Positions 37,609 to 51,753 of a DNA stretch of 64,000 nt are shown piece after piece. The stretch's first letter is position 1. Every line of letters begins with the position of its first letter. A program made the position numbers and the translations under genes. The stretch spans positions 434,001 to 498,000 of the forward strand of contig JAQFVV010000007.1 in NCBI GenBank assembly GCA_028023455.1, written 5' to 3'. The notes beneath the pieces were generated by a model. The model made no database searches. It had not been told where the DNA came from and saw only the letters and a list, made by a program, of their open reading frames with translations. This DNA comes from Epiperipatus broadwayi. Taxonomy: Eukaryota; Animalia; Onychophora.

Positions 37609-39562
37609 TATGATTATTGCACATACTGCAATCACACATATACATTTAATATTAAGTAATATTAAAGATTGTAGTTTTTTTAATTATACAAATAAGTAAA
37701 AGAATTAAAACCAATGAAAAAAGGAATGCCTTAATTAATATAATGAGATAAAGAGAGGGAATAAAATAAAACAAGATTCTTATCTTTTACCCTCCAATGT
37801 TCAGATTTTGAGAAAATAAAAGTATTAAAGTTAGAAAATATCAGAATCATATATTTAGTTTAAGATTAAAAATGAAAAAAGGAAATATAAATAAAATGGG
37901 AACTCAAATGACTTAAAAAGTGATAATTGGGGAGTTTTAAATAAAAATATAAATAAAATTTAGAATAGGACAAAAGATAAAGATATGTTCTTAAAATTAC
38001 ACATTTTGACAAAATGAAATCCATATGCAAATGTAGGTATAAAGAGAGAAAGGTTTATTGCATGTTTAAATGAGAATAATTCAATTAAAAAAATAATTGA
38101 GAAATGAATGTAAAACACAATGTTATAAAATATATAATTGTTAATTAGAGAAGATATTAATTAGTATTAAAGTTTATCGGCTTAACGTTTTCGAGGATCC
38201 ATGCCTAGCTTATTTGAATATTTGTATTTGCATATTTTATTAAACATTTTATGAAGGCTATGAATATGAGGCATGGATGCTCAAAAACGTTAAGCTGATA
38301 AACTTTAATACTAATTAATATCTTCTCTAATTAACAATTATATATTTTACATATAGTGAGAAGTAAAGCTATATTTATTACAATGTTATAAAATGATATG
38401 AAATTAAAATAAATTGTGTATAAGTTATAGAAAACATTTTAAAGTTAGAAGTGTGAAAGAAAACCTACTGACAATAGATCAAGATAAGCAAATAATTTGA
38501 AATAAAAATAAAAAATAATTAAAGACAGTTGATGTGAACACTTCAGTGAGAGCACTGCTCTGAGAAGAAGTAGAGATTAGAACCTAGTGGGAAGCAGACA
38601 TTAAAGGGGAAAAAAGGATAGCTGAGTGAAGGACATTTTTGGAGCATACTGACAAACTGAATGAATATGAAACTAATCTATAATGCAAGTGAAGCTTCAA
38701 GGATGTGTGGCTAAGGGCCATTGCAGTCGCTGGTCGATCCAAACCCACCGTGCTCATATGGTCACCTCACCATGAAACAACTGCCAGTGTAGCACCTGTC
38801 TGATGATCTGACTGCCATGCCATTAACACCCTAGTATTGTGAAGTCACTATGTGTAGAAGAGGAGACCCCATAAACAAGTCATGATGTGTCAAAGAGGAG
38901 ACCCCGTAAACAAAAGCCAAAGCCGAAGAACAGCTATCTCTACTAAGGAAGTGGAGGAATTCCACATGATGGTCAGCAGGACAATAGTTAGCATCAAAGA
39001 AGAAGGAAACCTAGGTGATTCAAGGCATTTATAGGATTTAACACATACACCTAATTGTAATATTATATTTAAATGATTTTATTGTATGTAAATATTTCAT
39101 GTAATTTTTTTTCTTGTTATTTTAGTATTATAGTAAATGTTTCATTAATTATTTTATCTGTATCATCTCCTTTCTTCACCATTCCTATAGTTTAATGTAC
39201 CTGGAGGGTTTACTTATAATTATTACTCCATTTGAGTTACTAAGTAACATGTGAGGATTGTTGTACAGTATTACTGATCCCATTAAATTTATAATTTAAC
39301 CAAGAGCTGTAATTCTTTAATAATTACAGCAGTCGAGAGACGTTTGATCGGGAAAAAGAAACTTGTGGTAATATCTGTATTGTCACAGGTTCGATCATGT
39401 ATGGATATAATTTGTTTATGTCTACATGTTCTCTTTGCTTGTGGTAATAGAAGGTGGATGATTTAAATTTAAGAACACTTCTACATAATAGTAAATGGTC
39501 ACGCACACCACACATTTTATTTATTATATTTTATATATTTTATTCCACCTCATCCTGTTACA
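37609..39562 (+). repeat. 3' LTR (contains a 263-bp insert; lacks ~150 bp present in LTR1 near 27955-28110)
   Basis: Colinear with 26806-28615; ends cacctcatcctgttaca. Confidence 0.85.
38117..38394 (+). mobile_element. Short PLE-pLTR-like palindromic insertion with 15-bp TSD and 34-bp tail
   Basis: acaatgttataaaat at 38117-38131 and 38380-38394; empty site in LTR1 near 27317-27335; 77-bp arms 38130-38206 / 38269-38345; hammerhead fold 38256-38296. Confidence 0.85.
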
Positions 39563-39673
39563 ATATATTGTATTTTATTCTTTTTATGAAGAGAATCTAA
39601 AGTACTTTCGCAAAATGTTGTTAAAAGTATTAAATTGTTTTTTATTCAGAAAACCAAAAAGAAGCTCAAATCC

Positions 39674-39758
<85 letters not shown>

Positions 39759-42700
39759 AGCAGTATATTGAATAATAGCTATGCAGTAAAATGTTTTGTT
39801 ATATGTTAGTAAACTGTATATTTGAACATTTTCCCAAATGGAGTTTTGTTTCAGAAATTCTTAAGAGTTGATGGTGATTTTTATAAACAACAAATATTGG
39901 CCCATACTCATTTTTAAGGAATCATTTTAAAAATGTGACTATGCAAATCAACTATAAAATAATAGAGAGATATAACATTTAGTCTTTGAAGAAATGAAAC
40001 AACTGTTAATGAAAAAGAAATTATACAAAAATGATTCAACAGTTTTTTATGTGGATGCATGAAATATCTAGGAACTATAAAAAACAATTGTATACTTTAC
40101 TATGTAATTACCTATGTCACACTCTTTTTTAATAAAACTTAACCAGTTCTTTATTTCAAAAACACTTTTAAAATGCATAATAAATAAATAAATAGATAAA
40201 ATAAAGTGTAAAATAAGAAAACAAGAAATAATCACTTTTAAAATTATCTAACAACCATAATCATGAAGCACCCTTAAAAAATAGTACAAATTATAATGTT
40301 TTATACCATAATACTATTTAAAATAAAAACTGAATCAGTCCTATATAACTATAAAGTATGGTACATTGACCTATTCAGCTGTAAACATCAAAAAGTTTAA
40401 GCCATTGTAAATGACTTTAATAGATGAGCTGTCTATGTTGCAGATGACATAATAAAACATTTAAGATCAATTTACTGATCACCAACAAAAATAGCACATT
40501 CATTTTTGAAAAATCTTAGTTCTGTCTTTACAGCAGATTTTTGTATAATATAATATAATATTATAAGCACTTAAGTTTGTTTCTAAAATCCACAAGTCTT
40601 TTGATGGATTCCATGCACTGTATTATTTATCCATTGAAATAATCCAGTCATAGTTATTCATTCTGTCACTAAAAATAAAAACAAACTTATTGTGGAGTTA
40701 TGTTGTTAAAATCATCCAATGCTTAAGAGCTGCTGCTATTTTCTTTTTAATTATAATTCATTTTGTATCTCAAAGTTTTCTGATAATATAGAATATCTAT
40801 TATTTGGTAAAATTGCAGAAAATTCTTTGGTACTAACTTGTTCTGTTAACCACATTCCAAATATTGGAATAATAATGATCAATTAATTTAAATTGTGGCA
40901 TGAGCTGACTTGTGCATTTATAATCTGATAAAAATAGCTCACCATGATAAAAAAAATTATAATGATTCTTTTTTAAAAGTTATAACTTATCAGAATTAAT
41001 ATCTGATAAAACAATAATTCAAATTACCATTTAAAGAAGTAGTTGCTAAATGAGAAAAATTTATAGAAGTTTTTTTTTTTTTAAATTCTAATAATAAATT
41101 TGGAGAAAGCATGACCAATGTGCAAATAAAATATTGTATTAGAGCTAATAAAAAAAATGAACTGCTTAATCTGATGGACCAAAATCAGTTTCTTCATGAT
41201 TTAAAAGTGATAATAATTTAATAACTGAATATTACTGGTGAAGTGGTCAATCTGTAATTCAAATTGAGCTCCATTGTCTAACATATGACTAACCACCCAA
41301 CAGGGTTCAAACTTGTCATCTCATCCCATTTTTTTGCTTGATAATTTCATGTATGTTATATATTAATGTCAAAGGTGTACTTTCAAACACCAAATTAATA
41401 AAATAATTTTTGTTTTAATATCACTAAAATGAGAATTGCATATGTGCATTGATATATATATATGCATAGTGGGTGTGGATGTGTAACCTAGCATATTAAT
41501 ATTGTTATAAATATTTATTGTAATATACTTTATTATATTTAATTTTATTATTTTATGTATAAAATTCAAGAAAGATGATGCAATATGTTGAGAATGTTCT
41601 AGAAAGCCCTTAGAGAAATCAGGTTGAAGCAATCCATTAATCAGATTTGACAATATTGTTTTATTCATTAAGTAATTAAATTCTAGATTTAAAATCGTTA
41701 ATGGAAATGTTATTTCTTTCAGTTATCTGTTCAAATCTGTTTCTAAAAACTAGAAATAAATTTAAAAAGACTTTCAAGCCCTTATCAATTGGTTGCATCT
41801 TCTCCTAATGAAAGAAAAAAGAAAATCTTGTTTAATTTAATCATGTGAGGTAAGCCTACACTTGTATTGCCTCAGGTAAACTTGTAAAAAGCATTCTTGG
41901 AATAGTATGGCAGAGTATAAATGGGGCTAAAATTAATACAGTGGATCAATCATCTTTTTTTTCTAATCAAGTAGCTAACATACTCCATAACACTCAGAAT
42001 TTTGAAATAAAGATGTTCGAGTAGTAGAAATCAAGTCACCCTTTTCCGATGTTTCCCAAGATCAAACCCCTGCCAGAATGCCATTCAGCTACTCCAAATT
42101 GATGGACAGCCATAAATTATTTATGAAAGACTGAGCCCTGAAGAAAATATACCTGCCATCAGATAAATTAATTAGTGCCCATGGATTACAGTGATTGTCT
42201 CGTAAAAGCATGGTTACATTGGGTCATCAAACTTTTACAACATCGAAAGATAATCAATCATTGTTATCACCAAAGATTTTCTAATTGTCTAAATTAATGT
42301 ATAAACTTAATATTTAAATATGTAGTGTACTTTCACTTATACTTGCATTCTGATATAAGGGGAATGGTGTGATGCCATTGATCTGACTTATAAAGTAATC
42401 TCTGTTCACAATTCTCTATAAAATCTTATCTCATTTTGTATCTTTTCTTTTATGTATTTTCATTCCATACTTTGGTGCAATAAAATTATTAATAAAATTT
42501 ATTATTTCATAGTTTATATATTTATTTTAATTTGAATTAATATGCCAATAAAACTAAACCTCATGAGCATGTCTGCCATTATTAGTAACCCCCTCTCACC
42601 CCATTGGAGTTAGTAATAATTAATTCATTTCATTTTGTTATAAATGCACATGCTCACCAGGTTAAGTGGCACTTAAATAATATATCTGAATAAGGCAAAC

Positions 42701-45700
42701 TTACATATTTATTAGTAGAATGTAATGAACCTACCAGCTCAATTTTATATTGTGAGTTAATTGTTGATTTTTTTTAATGCTATCAAGTGATCTGTTGATT
42801 ATTATTTTGATGACCGCCATACTGACCTATAAAACGAATGTGGGATTTGTTATGTTATGATGGGGGGGAGGGTATATTTTAATCTACTTAGTATTTAATA
42901 TATATGTAAAATCAAGTGTAATGCAGGTTTAAAAATAATTTATTCCATTGTGTAACATATTAAAATATTATAGGCAATAACTATAGGAATGTCGTTAATG
43001 GCATCATTTAATGTCTGTGTTATTAGAATATGTTAGCTTTACCTAAATCAGGTTGCTTATTTATTATCTGGGTTGTCAGAAGTCCAAACCCAATTTATGA
43101 TCATAGTAATTCCAAGAAATAGATATATGAACTACCATGGATCTTTATTTAGTATATGGCATGCTCTGCCTTGGGATGATCCTGCTTGCCTGACCTTTCA
43201 CAGCATCCTGCCTGCTCTTTATTTAAAACAAACAACTATGAAATGAACAGAGGGTTGTTTTTGTGATTTCTTAATCATGTTGAATTGCTTTCTCAGATAG
43301 AAGAAGAGAATTAAACTATTATAGCTACCATTCATGCTAGTACCACTACTTCTTAAAAATTTAAATGTGTGCCTATATAATATCTTTACCACAATGCTGT
43401 GATAACTAAAAACTTGTGCTCTGTCTATTTACATGCCAATTTTGAAAGCTTAAACAATCTTGCTTGTTTTTTACTAGGTTTATTTATTTTTGTCTTTAAA
43501 TAAATGAATCCCACATGCGTTATTAAATCTTAATGTTTATTTTATGTGAGCTTATATCTGAGGATCAGATCAAGCTGACTTTGTAACATATTAAATTAAA
43601 CTACCCCTCTGATAGAAGATATGTATTATTATATTACTTACAGCATTGAACATGAATGCTATCAATATTATGAATGACTGTATGAGCATGACCCAAATAA
43701 TAAAATATAAATAATTAAGTGATGTTTCAATCAATGTATCCAGGCTGGTCATTAATTAGTTCTGTATATTTTGTAAAAATAGCATTACTACTGTTATATT
43801 GTGAAAGATTTACAAAGAAGCATTAGTATATTAAAACTGTACCAGAGATCTGTACTCATTTAAATTGATGTATTATATGCTAAAACTGACTGTATCCCAG
43901 CTTAATGTGTCTGTAACAACCAAACCTCTGAATTTAGACATTTTAAATGCAGATACATGGAAATCCACAAATATCACTTTTATATATGTAACCACTTCAT
44001 TGTATTATTAAAGTTTATTTCTCAACTTATCCATTCATTCGAATCATTATGTTATTCATTCCAGATTCAATAAATTACTTCTCTTTTAAATTAGGTTTTG
44101 ACAGATATGTTTTAACTCAGGTTCAAAATAATGATAAAATGATATGAATTGGACATTTATCCTTTTGTGTACATAACCATATTAGAAAATATTTATATAA
44201 CATATTCCTGTATCTTGTTGTGATGTCATAAATCTTATAGAGTTCTCTTGTTTTTCCACTGTGTCTTTAGGTCAGGATAAATAAAAGCCATCTGCTATCA
44301 TCAGAGATGTTGTTCATGATGTTGGATATTTGGAGGATGGGAAAATGGGGCAGAATCCATGAGTGCTTCTGATCTCGGGCATGAATGGGTTCAGGGTACT
44401 TTTGCCCAGACTCTAAATTTTGTTGAATGAGCATACACATCTGACTGGGTACACTGGTTAGACAAATCTGGATGGAAACAATATTTATCTGCAACTTGAT
44501 TTACAGAATTATTTTAATTTGAATTTGTCTAACAATTTAACCAAGTAAATAACATTTTTTTTTACACCATATAATTAATCCATAAAGTTTATACAACAAA
44601 TTTTATTTTTATACATTTCTTCATTACCAATAACTGTGAGTTATTGCAAGTTTCTTTTGGTGACTTATTGGCACATGGAGTGTAAAATGTATGTTCAAAA
44701 CAATTGTAGAACTAATCTAATGATATTTATAAACAACTGATAGTTTTATACTAAGATATTGAATAATTTGGTTTAAAAGAAATTTAAGGCATTTCTTTAA
44801 TTTATTTATGCTACTAACATAAAAATAGAGTAGGTTAAACTTTGCAAAGGTATGTGTATGTTTTTAAATAAAAAAAAATTAAAAAGTCAATATTAAGATA
44901 ATTAAAAGATTCAAAACACATTTCAGCAAGCGATAGAGACTATCTCATCTCAAGTCTGTTGAGCATCATAACTTAAACGTAATTATTTTTAAGGAAAATA
45001 ATCCAGATTATACGGGATACATTTTAAATATGAAAACAAGATTGAATAGTACAAAAATGCATAAAAAGCAAATTAAAATCTATAATTTCAGCTGATATCC
45101 AATTGGCTCCAGTTAAGACAGCTACAATTTAAGAAGCAATATGTCTGTCTAACAAAATTACTGCGTTGCTTTTTTTATAAATATTAAATTTATTTGACAT
45201 TTATTACACAAAAGTGTTACATAGTAACATCTGCCTAATAGTTGCTCCAAAAACCCAGTAACACATTAAAAGGAAAACTAAACAATATACATTTAAAGCA
45301 CTAAGAGAAGTACTCTTTATGGGTCATCTATTGGCTAACTGTAGATAAAATAATCATTATGAGCATCAATTATTCTCTTTATGAAATAGTAATTAAATTT
45401 TTTGCAAATAGTAAAATAAAATTCATATGTTTTATTGTCATTGGCCAAAAATTTACACTTGGATAGTAAAGAAAACATTTTTGTAATATATGCTTTCAGG
45501 ACGTTTCACTGTAATGGCTATATTTAAACACTCAAAATAAATTACAAATAGCTATTATCAATTAATTTAAAATGAAACATTGCCAGTTTATATTCATATA
45601 CATTTAAAAAATACTTTTAGAAAAAGAATTATACACAACAAAAACCTTTCTACACTTCTCTAGAAAAAAAGACAGAATGAGGAAAAATCCATCTCATGAA

Positions 45701-48700
45701 TCTAATAGATGTTAAAAATATTAAAAATAGCATAGCATATATTTACAAATCAGAATAAAGTTTGTAACTTGATGAAAATTAAATTATAAGTGGATGATCT
45801 TTCAAACAACCTAACCATTTCATATAATTTTGCAGATGTAATAAAAACAACTTTCCATAATTCAGGGAAATATAATGTCAAATTAAATTGCAATACCTCA
45901 TAATACAGATCAAAAAATCATTAAAGTTTTATGGCACAAACTTCTTAGTTTATATCCAGATGATATAGCTGTATTACATTTGAGATCACAATTTTTTTGT
46001 TTTATTCTTGAGCCATTTCTGTAACCATGAATAATTAATGAAGATGCTACATAGTTTTTAAATAGAATCTCATAGTGACTTCTGAATATTTTTTTTTACA
46101 ACAAGAAATACTGGTTTTTTTTTTACTATAGCCACACAGTATCACATTTGCCCATATTATTCACAATAATAACCTGCAATTTTAAAGCATAATTTAAATA
46201 ATAATTTGTCTGAATCTATAAATCGCTCATCACACCGCCTTGCAAGCAAGTAATTGATTGCAGACGGGTGTGGGTTCGTGTACCGGCTGATGCTATGACA
46301 TATATAAAAAAAATTATATATGTTAACAGAGTCTTTCTTTTGATATATATTAAAGCAATTCTTGGATTAATTTTTAAATCTTAGTTTCATTACTTAGAAG
46401 TATTGTTATCATGTTAACCAAAGCCATTAGCTTGAATAGCAAAATATTTGTAAAGTAATAGATGACTCCTAGTGGTTTTATTACAAAACTTAAACCTTCT
46501 ATCAATGAATATCTCCATTAATAAAATTAAATAATCTAATGGCTTGTTGCCTGGGAGTTCATAAAAAGTTTATGCACTGGAAATTTTAGAATTTTAGAAT
46601 CTATTACTGCATACAGGGACCATTCAATGATTACCTATATTTATAAAGATGACTGGTGACTGAAGAAAGATTAATATTACTAAATGAAAATTAAATATTT
46701 GAAAAGGACTTGAGCAATACTTTATTTTCATATAGTTATCATTGGTCACAATGTTATAAATACAGATTCTTCAAAAACTGAAAAAATGAAGTAATAGCTT
46801 GGACTAATTATCTCTTCAAAGTTGTTTACATTAAAAAGGAAGTAATGTAATATTAATTCAAAAATAAGAAACACTCTGGACATATAAACATTCAATGCCT
46901 ACATTGGTATGCTTGTGTAAACAAGCTCTTTCCAATGTCTAAAGTTCTCTGGTAGAACAATTGTTGAAACAATCAACATAGAAGTGATTGTGAACTTAAG
47001 ATATTTTCTAGAAGATTTAGTATTTAACCTGAGTCAATGAGGCTGTTGCTCATGTTCCTCACTTTGACAATAAAACAGAACTACAATGTTTAATCTGGCA
47101 CTTATGTTCACTCAGCACATGGAAACTTGAGTAATAACATGCAATTATACTTATAATATTTGTAAGTATTTTAAGTTACTATATATTTTTTTATTTTTAA
47201 TAGCTTATTCAATTGTTTTGGTGCTAGTTACATTTATTTCAGACTATTTATTGCTATTATCTGATTATTGCACTAGATGAATCAAATAATTTTTGTAACA
47301 ATATAATAATTACTACTAATTTTAAGATGAAATAAAACATAGCTACTGTCAGTTAAAATATATATACATATTAAATACTAATTATTTATATTTATAAAGC
47401 AAATTTTACATTGATATTATAACTTTAAAAGTGAGAATAGCTTTTCACTGTGCAATAATGAATTGTGATTTCAAAGCTCTATTTAAATTATGACAAATAA
47501 AATGAATGATTTATTTTCAGTATCATCAATAAAGTAAAATTAAGGAAAGCTGATTATTTTCATCTAAATGTGCGTTGACACATGAGCATGACCATTGTTC
47601 TTAGGTGTTGAAAGTTGTCTATTTCCATTTAAAGTTATATATGTACTAAAAATATACAATTGAATAAAAGATACTTTTTTTAAATTCATTAATAATTATC
47701 AATAACTTTTAAGAGTAAATTAATTATATTATTCCTTCTTTCATTTTTTTACCATTTTTTTTTCTTTTTGGTTTCTGGCTGTCTTAAATCAGATAGTTTA
47801 GGTTTGAGTCAGACTATGGTAGACCATTTTTTGGTCATCTCTCTGTGCTAGTCAAGGCAATAGAATTGCCCATTTGTGTAACTACATTTTCATTCATTAA
47901 TGATAGGATAGCATATCTGAGTAAATATTTTTGGTCTTTGATTTATAATTTTTTTTTGTTTTTTTTTTTCTTCATCTGCAGTTAGAATCCTAATACTTGT
48001 TTATAATTTCTGCTAAAATAATGATAATAGTGTTTTAGTAAAAGTATGTTCATCTGTCATTTTAATAATCTGAGTTTAAATTAAGTTTAGTAAAACTTAA
48101 AAATATTTCAAGTTTTGATCAGATTTAACATATTTTTAAGTGGTTAATCTTTAGCCATATTGATCAATAAATGAATATTTAACTATTCTTAGCTAAGGAA
48201 TAAAACAATTAAAAAAACTATTCACTATGTCTTATATAGAGTTCTATTAGAAAGACCGTTCTTTGCAATGTTTATGTAACATTTACATTACTTTTTTCAA
48301 CTGCAATTATAAAGTGTGATATCATGGCCATTTACATACATTTTTTTGAGGGCAGAATGCTATAGGTTTGAAAATGGTGAACTATATCGTTTTCAGTAGA
48401 GGGCAGTTCCCAAATTTTAATAATTTAATTTGGGGAGGGGATACTATGCAAATTTACTTTGGCAAGAATTAAAGGTGGGCAATAAATCATGTGTACCCAT
48501 TCCTTTGCCAGATCATTGATTGATTACTCATGCCAGCATTCTTTCTTAACATCACAGCATAGTTTAAATTATAAAATTAGCAGCAAAACCAACAATTTGA
48601 CTAATAACTTTCTTCTCACTAGAATATTTTCTTTACTATTCATTTACAAAATTAATTAATTACCTTTTTTGAAAATTGTAAATGTGTTTAATTCGATCTT

Positions 48701-48957
48701 TATATACACATTTATTTATTCCAGCGACTTTCATTACCATCGGACTAATACAAAGTAAATACCCTTTTTTTTATTTATAGTTATCTAAAATATAGTTTTA
48801 ATAGAGTATAAATCTAACTTTATTTTCGTTTTGTATGAGAGGTTAAACCAACTCTTTTAAACTTATTCACAGCTGGAGATTGCAACACATGATTGGAGAA
48901 AATGTAGATAAATGCTAATATATAAATATATGTATATTGTCCATACTAAACTTAATG

Positions 48958-49140
48958 TAATTACAAGGAACTTGAACACGAACTTTCAAGTTCCCTACAT
49001 CCATCCAATCAATCTTATACAACTGATACACAGGACCACATACATGTGCAAAAGATAAATGGTCATGTGTATCAGTTGTATAAAATAGATTGGATAGATG
49101 TAGGAAGCTTGAAAGGTCGAGTTCAAGTCCTTTATAATTA
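48958..49140. repeat. Older inverted repeat (~80-bp arms, ~85% identical, 22-bp loop) with a 30-bp left tail
   Basis: taattacaaggaacttgaac...ggacca versus tggtca...gttcaagtcctttataatta; tatataaat at 48919-48927 and 49139-49147. Confidence 0.8.
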
Positions 49141-49459
49141 TATAAATCATAAGTAGTTATATTTATTGATTTAATGTTTATAAACACTCACAAAAATTTA
49201 TTTTAATTTTGTATAATCTAATTTTTCTAATTAATGTTTATTGCATTATAATTATTTATTTAAATATTATAATTTAGTAAGATATTGTATATAAGCATGT
49301 GTGTGTTTAGGAGGTGAGGAAATTGCAAAGTTAGTTGTAATAGCAATTATAGAAAAAGAAATTCTCTAAGCTATTAGTAATTGACATGCATAGAGATGCA
49401 TAGAAATCTTGAAATCACATTTTATTCTTTAAAATAATGCAATAAATGTCAGACTTATT

Positions 49460-49590
49460 ATTACGTGTTGATCTTTAAATTCGCGCGATAAAATAGAAAT
49501 GCCATTTTTAGTTAATTAATCTTTATATTAATTAATCTTAATAATAAAAATATTAATTTTAAAAATCGATAATAGAAATTTTAAGACGGA
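49460..49590 (+). promoter_or_regulatory. Possible promoter / 5' region of the 49591 exon
   Basis: Local CpG retention (ttcgcgcgata) and DRE-like aatcgata near 49565; inference only. Confidence 0.3.
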
Positions 49591-49884
49591 ATGTCTTTAA
49601 CGAGGTCAGAAAGATCTCTTAGCCAGGCGGGTGGAAGAATTCAAGGGAGGCTATCTTCGATGAAGTTGAGCAGTACTGATGTACGATGTCCTATTCATGG
49701 AAGAGCTGGATCTAGTATGTCTCGTATATCTCAGAATGTTAGTTCTTTCTCCATTTCAGTTGATGTCACTTGTACATGTCGGGGTGCAGCAGCGCATCTT
49801 AAACTTCCAAAGCTGGATTTAATGAGAATGAGTGCCCATGTAAGAAGTTCGTGGAAGCAACGAAAAAATTTGGCTGGAAAAATT
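49591..49884 (+). CDS. Probable first coding exon (98 codons) of an unidentified host gene
   Basis: Open, GC-elevated, CpG-retaining frame MSLTRSERSLSQ...CPIHG...KNLAGKI ending at phase-0 donor att|gtacgt where composition switches to AT-rich; no TE motifs; product not recognised. Confidence 0.6.
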
Positions 49885-50371
49885 GTACGTATTTATATAT
49901 TAAATATTAATAAAAGTCTTTAATATTAGAATGACTTTATAAGATAAATTTTATTTATGAAAAAACTTTGATTGTTTTCTCATAGATGCACTTTTTTTAA
50001 GATTGATTAAAATATGGTTGTAGAAAAAAAGGATAAAATAAAAATGTTAAGGATGTAGCCTGCAAATAGAAAAGTGCTAGAATAAATTATGTTAAGAAGA
50101 TAATAAGTAAAGTAAAAACTATTGTCACTCAAGATAAAAAATCACATTATAGTAGTAATCTTTTTTCTAAACATTTCTACCCGCAATAGAGAAATACACA
50201 TATAAAATTGTTTTAAGAGAAGACAATCTTATTTGCACAAACCTGACTATATATACATATATTTATATGCTGTAATATTACTAGTAATAATTATCTCTGG
50301 TTACAGTACATGTTTCTTATGTTCTCATGAAACGTATTCTAATATTAGTCATTTGCTCTCCTCCCCCCCCC

Positions 50372-50436
<65 letters not shown>

Positions 50437-51753
50437 ATTGGACTAACCTACAACAAAAAAGATTTAAGAATAAATTGTTGATATTCTAATTTGTAAAGAT
50501 TACAACTTATTATACAATATATATATATAAAATTTAATCTTTGAAAATCTACTTGGAATAATAATCATATGGAGCAGAAATTATAGGATAGGTTTCTCTT
50601 TATAAAATAGAATTTAAACCTGTAGCTCAAAAATTTTTCACAAAAAAAGAGAAACATTATCAGACAAAAGGCTCTTCTCTCTGCATACATTTTATTACTA
50701 AATAGTAATAACTTCAGAGTTTCCTACGTCAAACATCTGTTAAAGCAATTCTTGCTTAAGTGATGGCTGAAAGTTCTATAGTCAGAAACGAGTCATAGGA
50801 TTCTGAAAGTGTTGATTGCATTGCAGTTTGTTGATCTTGAATTGCTTCCGTTCAACTATTTATAAAAAGTTGTAAGGGGAATTGATTTTATTGACTGATT
50901 TGTAAAATTGGAATTATATCCTTAATTCTGACAAAAATTAAAATAATATTTTCAAGATGAACTGTACATAGTTGATAGAATAAAAAAGTTTAATTACAAA
51001 AGAATTGAATTAATTAAAATTCTGACATAGATTGGTTGCGTTTGCTAGATAAGAGGCAATTAAAAGTGATAAGAATAGCAACAGTAAGAGAATTCAATAA
51101 TCACATTTGTGATATGAAATTCTAAGAAATCAAAAGAGTTATATTAAAATAAAGATGAAAAAAACGAATCTGATCCTCTTTAGTACCTGTAAAAAAATTG
51201 TATTTCTGATTATAAATGCAAAATTATTATATATATATATATGTAAAATAAATAAAATATCCATTAATTAAAAACAATATTGTAATTATAATTGAAATAA
51301 TATTTTTATTATATATATATATATTTAAAGGTACGTCACTTTTAATTAAATATTTATCCATACTTAAAATAATATGTACCATTCTCAGAATTTTAGTTTT
51401 AATGACATTAATGATGCATCAGATGCGTAACCTAAATTCTACTGATGAAAAATATTTCCTCTTTTTTTTTTACTTTTTTTATAGTAGGAGCAAACACTTT
51501 GGTCTTTGCATCTGTAATAAATTTATCTCATTATAGTTTCTCTTTTGCAATTACATTTTATCACTTGTATATTAATTAAATCAGTTTTTATTGCTTTATA
51601 AAAAATTATTAATATATTACAATGTATTCATCAAGTTAAACAAAAGAGTATATAAATAATAACAATAAAAATAATGCTAATCAATTAATGATTTCAGTAT
51701 TAATATTCAAGAATTTGAATAAAAGTCTTCAATCAGTATTCACATAGATTTTT

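Larger units (their letters stand above)
26806..39562 (+). mobile_element. Gag-only (non-autonomous) Ty3/Gypsy-type LTR element with ~1.8-kb LTRs
   Basis: Two long direct repeats ending ttaca; PBS after LTR1; PPT before LTR2; gag remnant; no pol motifs seen in 36590-37600. Confidence 0.85.

Noticed and set aside
26802-39566. Exact TSD for the gag-only LTR element
   Set aside because: Flanks acat and atat match only 3 of 4; compatible with a decayed TSD but not evidence
41750-42300. Ancient LINE RT relic
   Set aside because: Only vague resemblances (DVSQDQ versus GVPQGS) amid many stops; cannot be supported by eye
44267-44494. GC-elevated segment as a coding exon
   Set aside because: No frame gives a recognisable protein, and splice signals are not consistent
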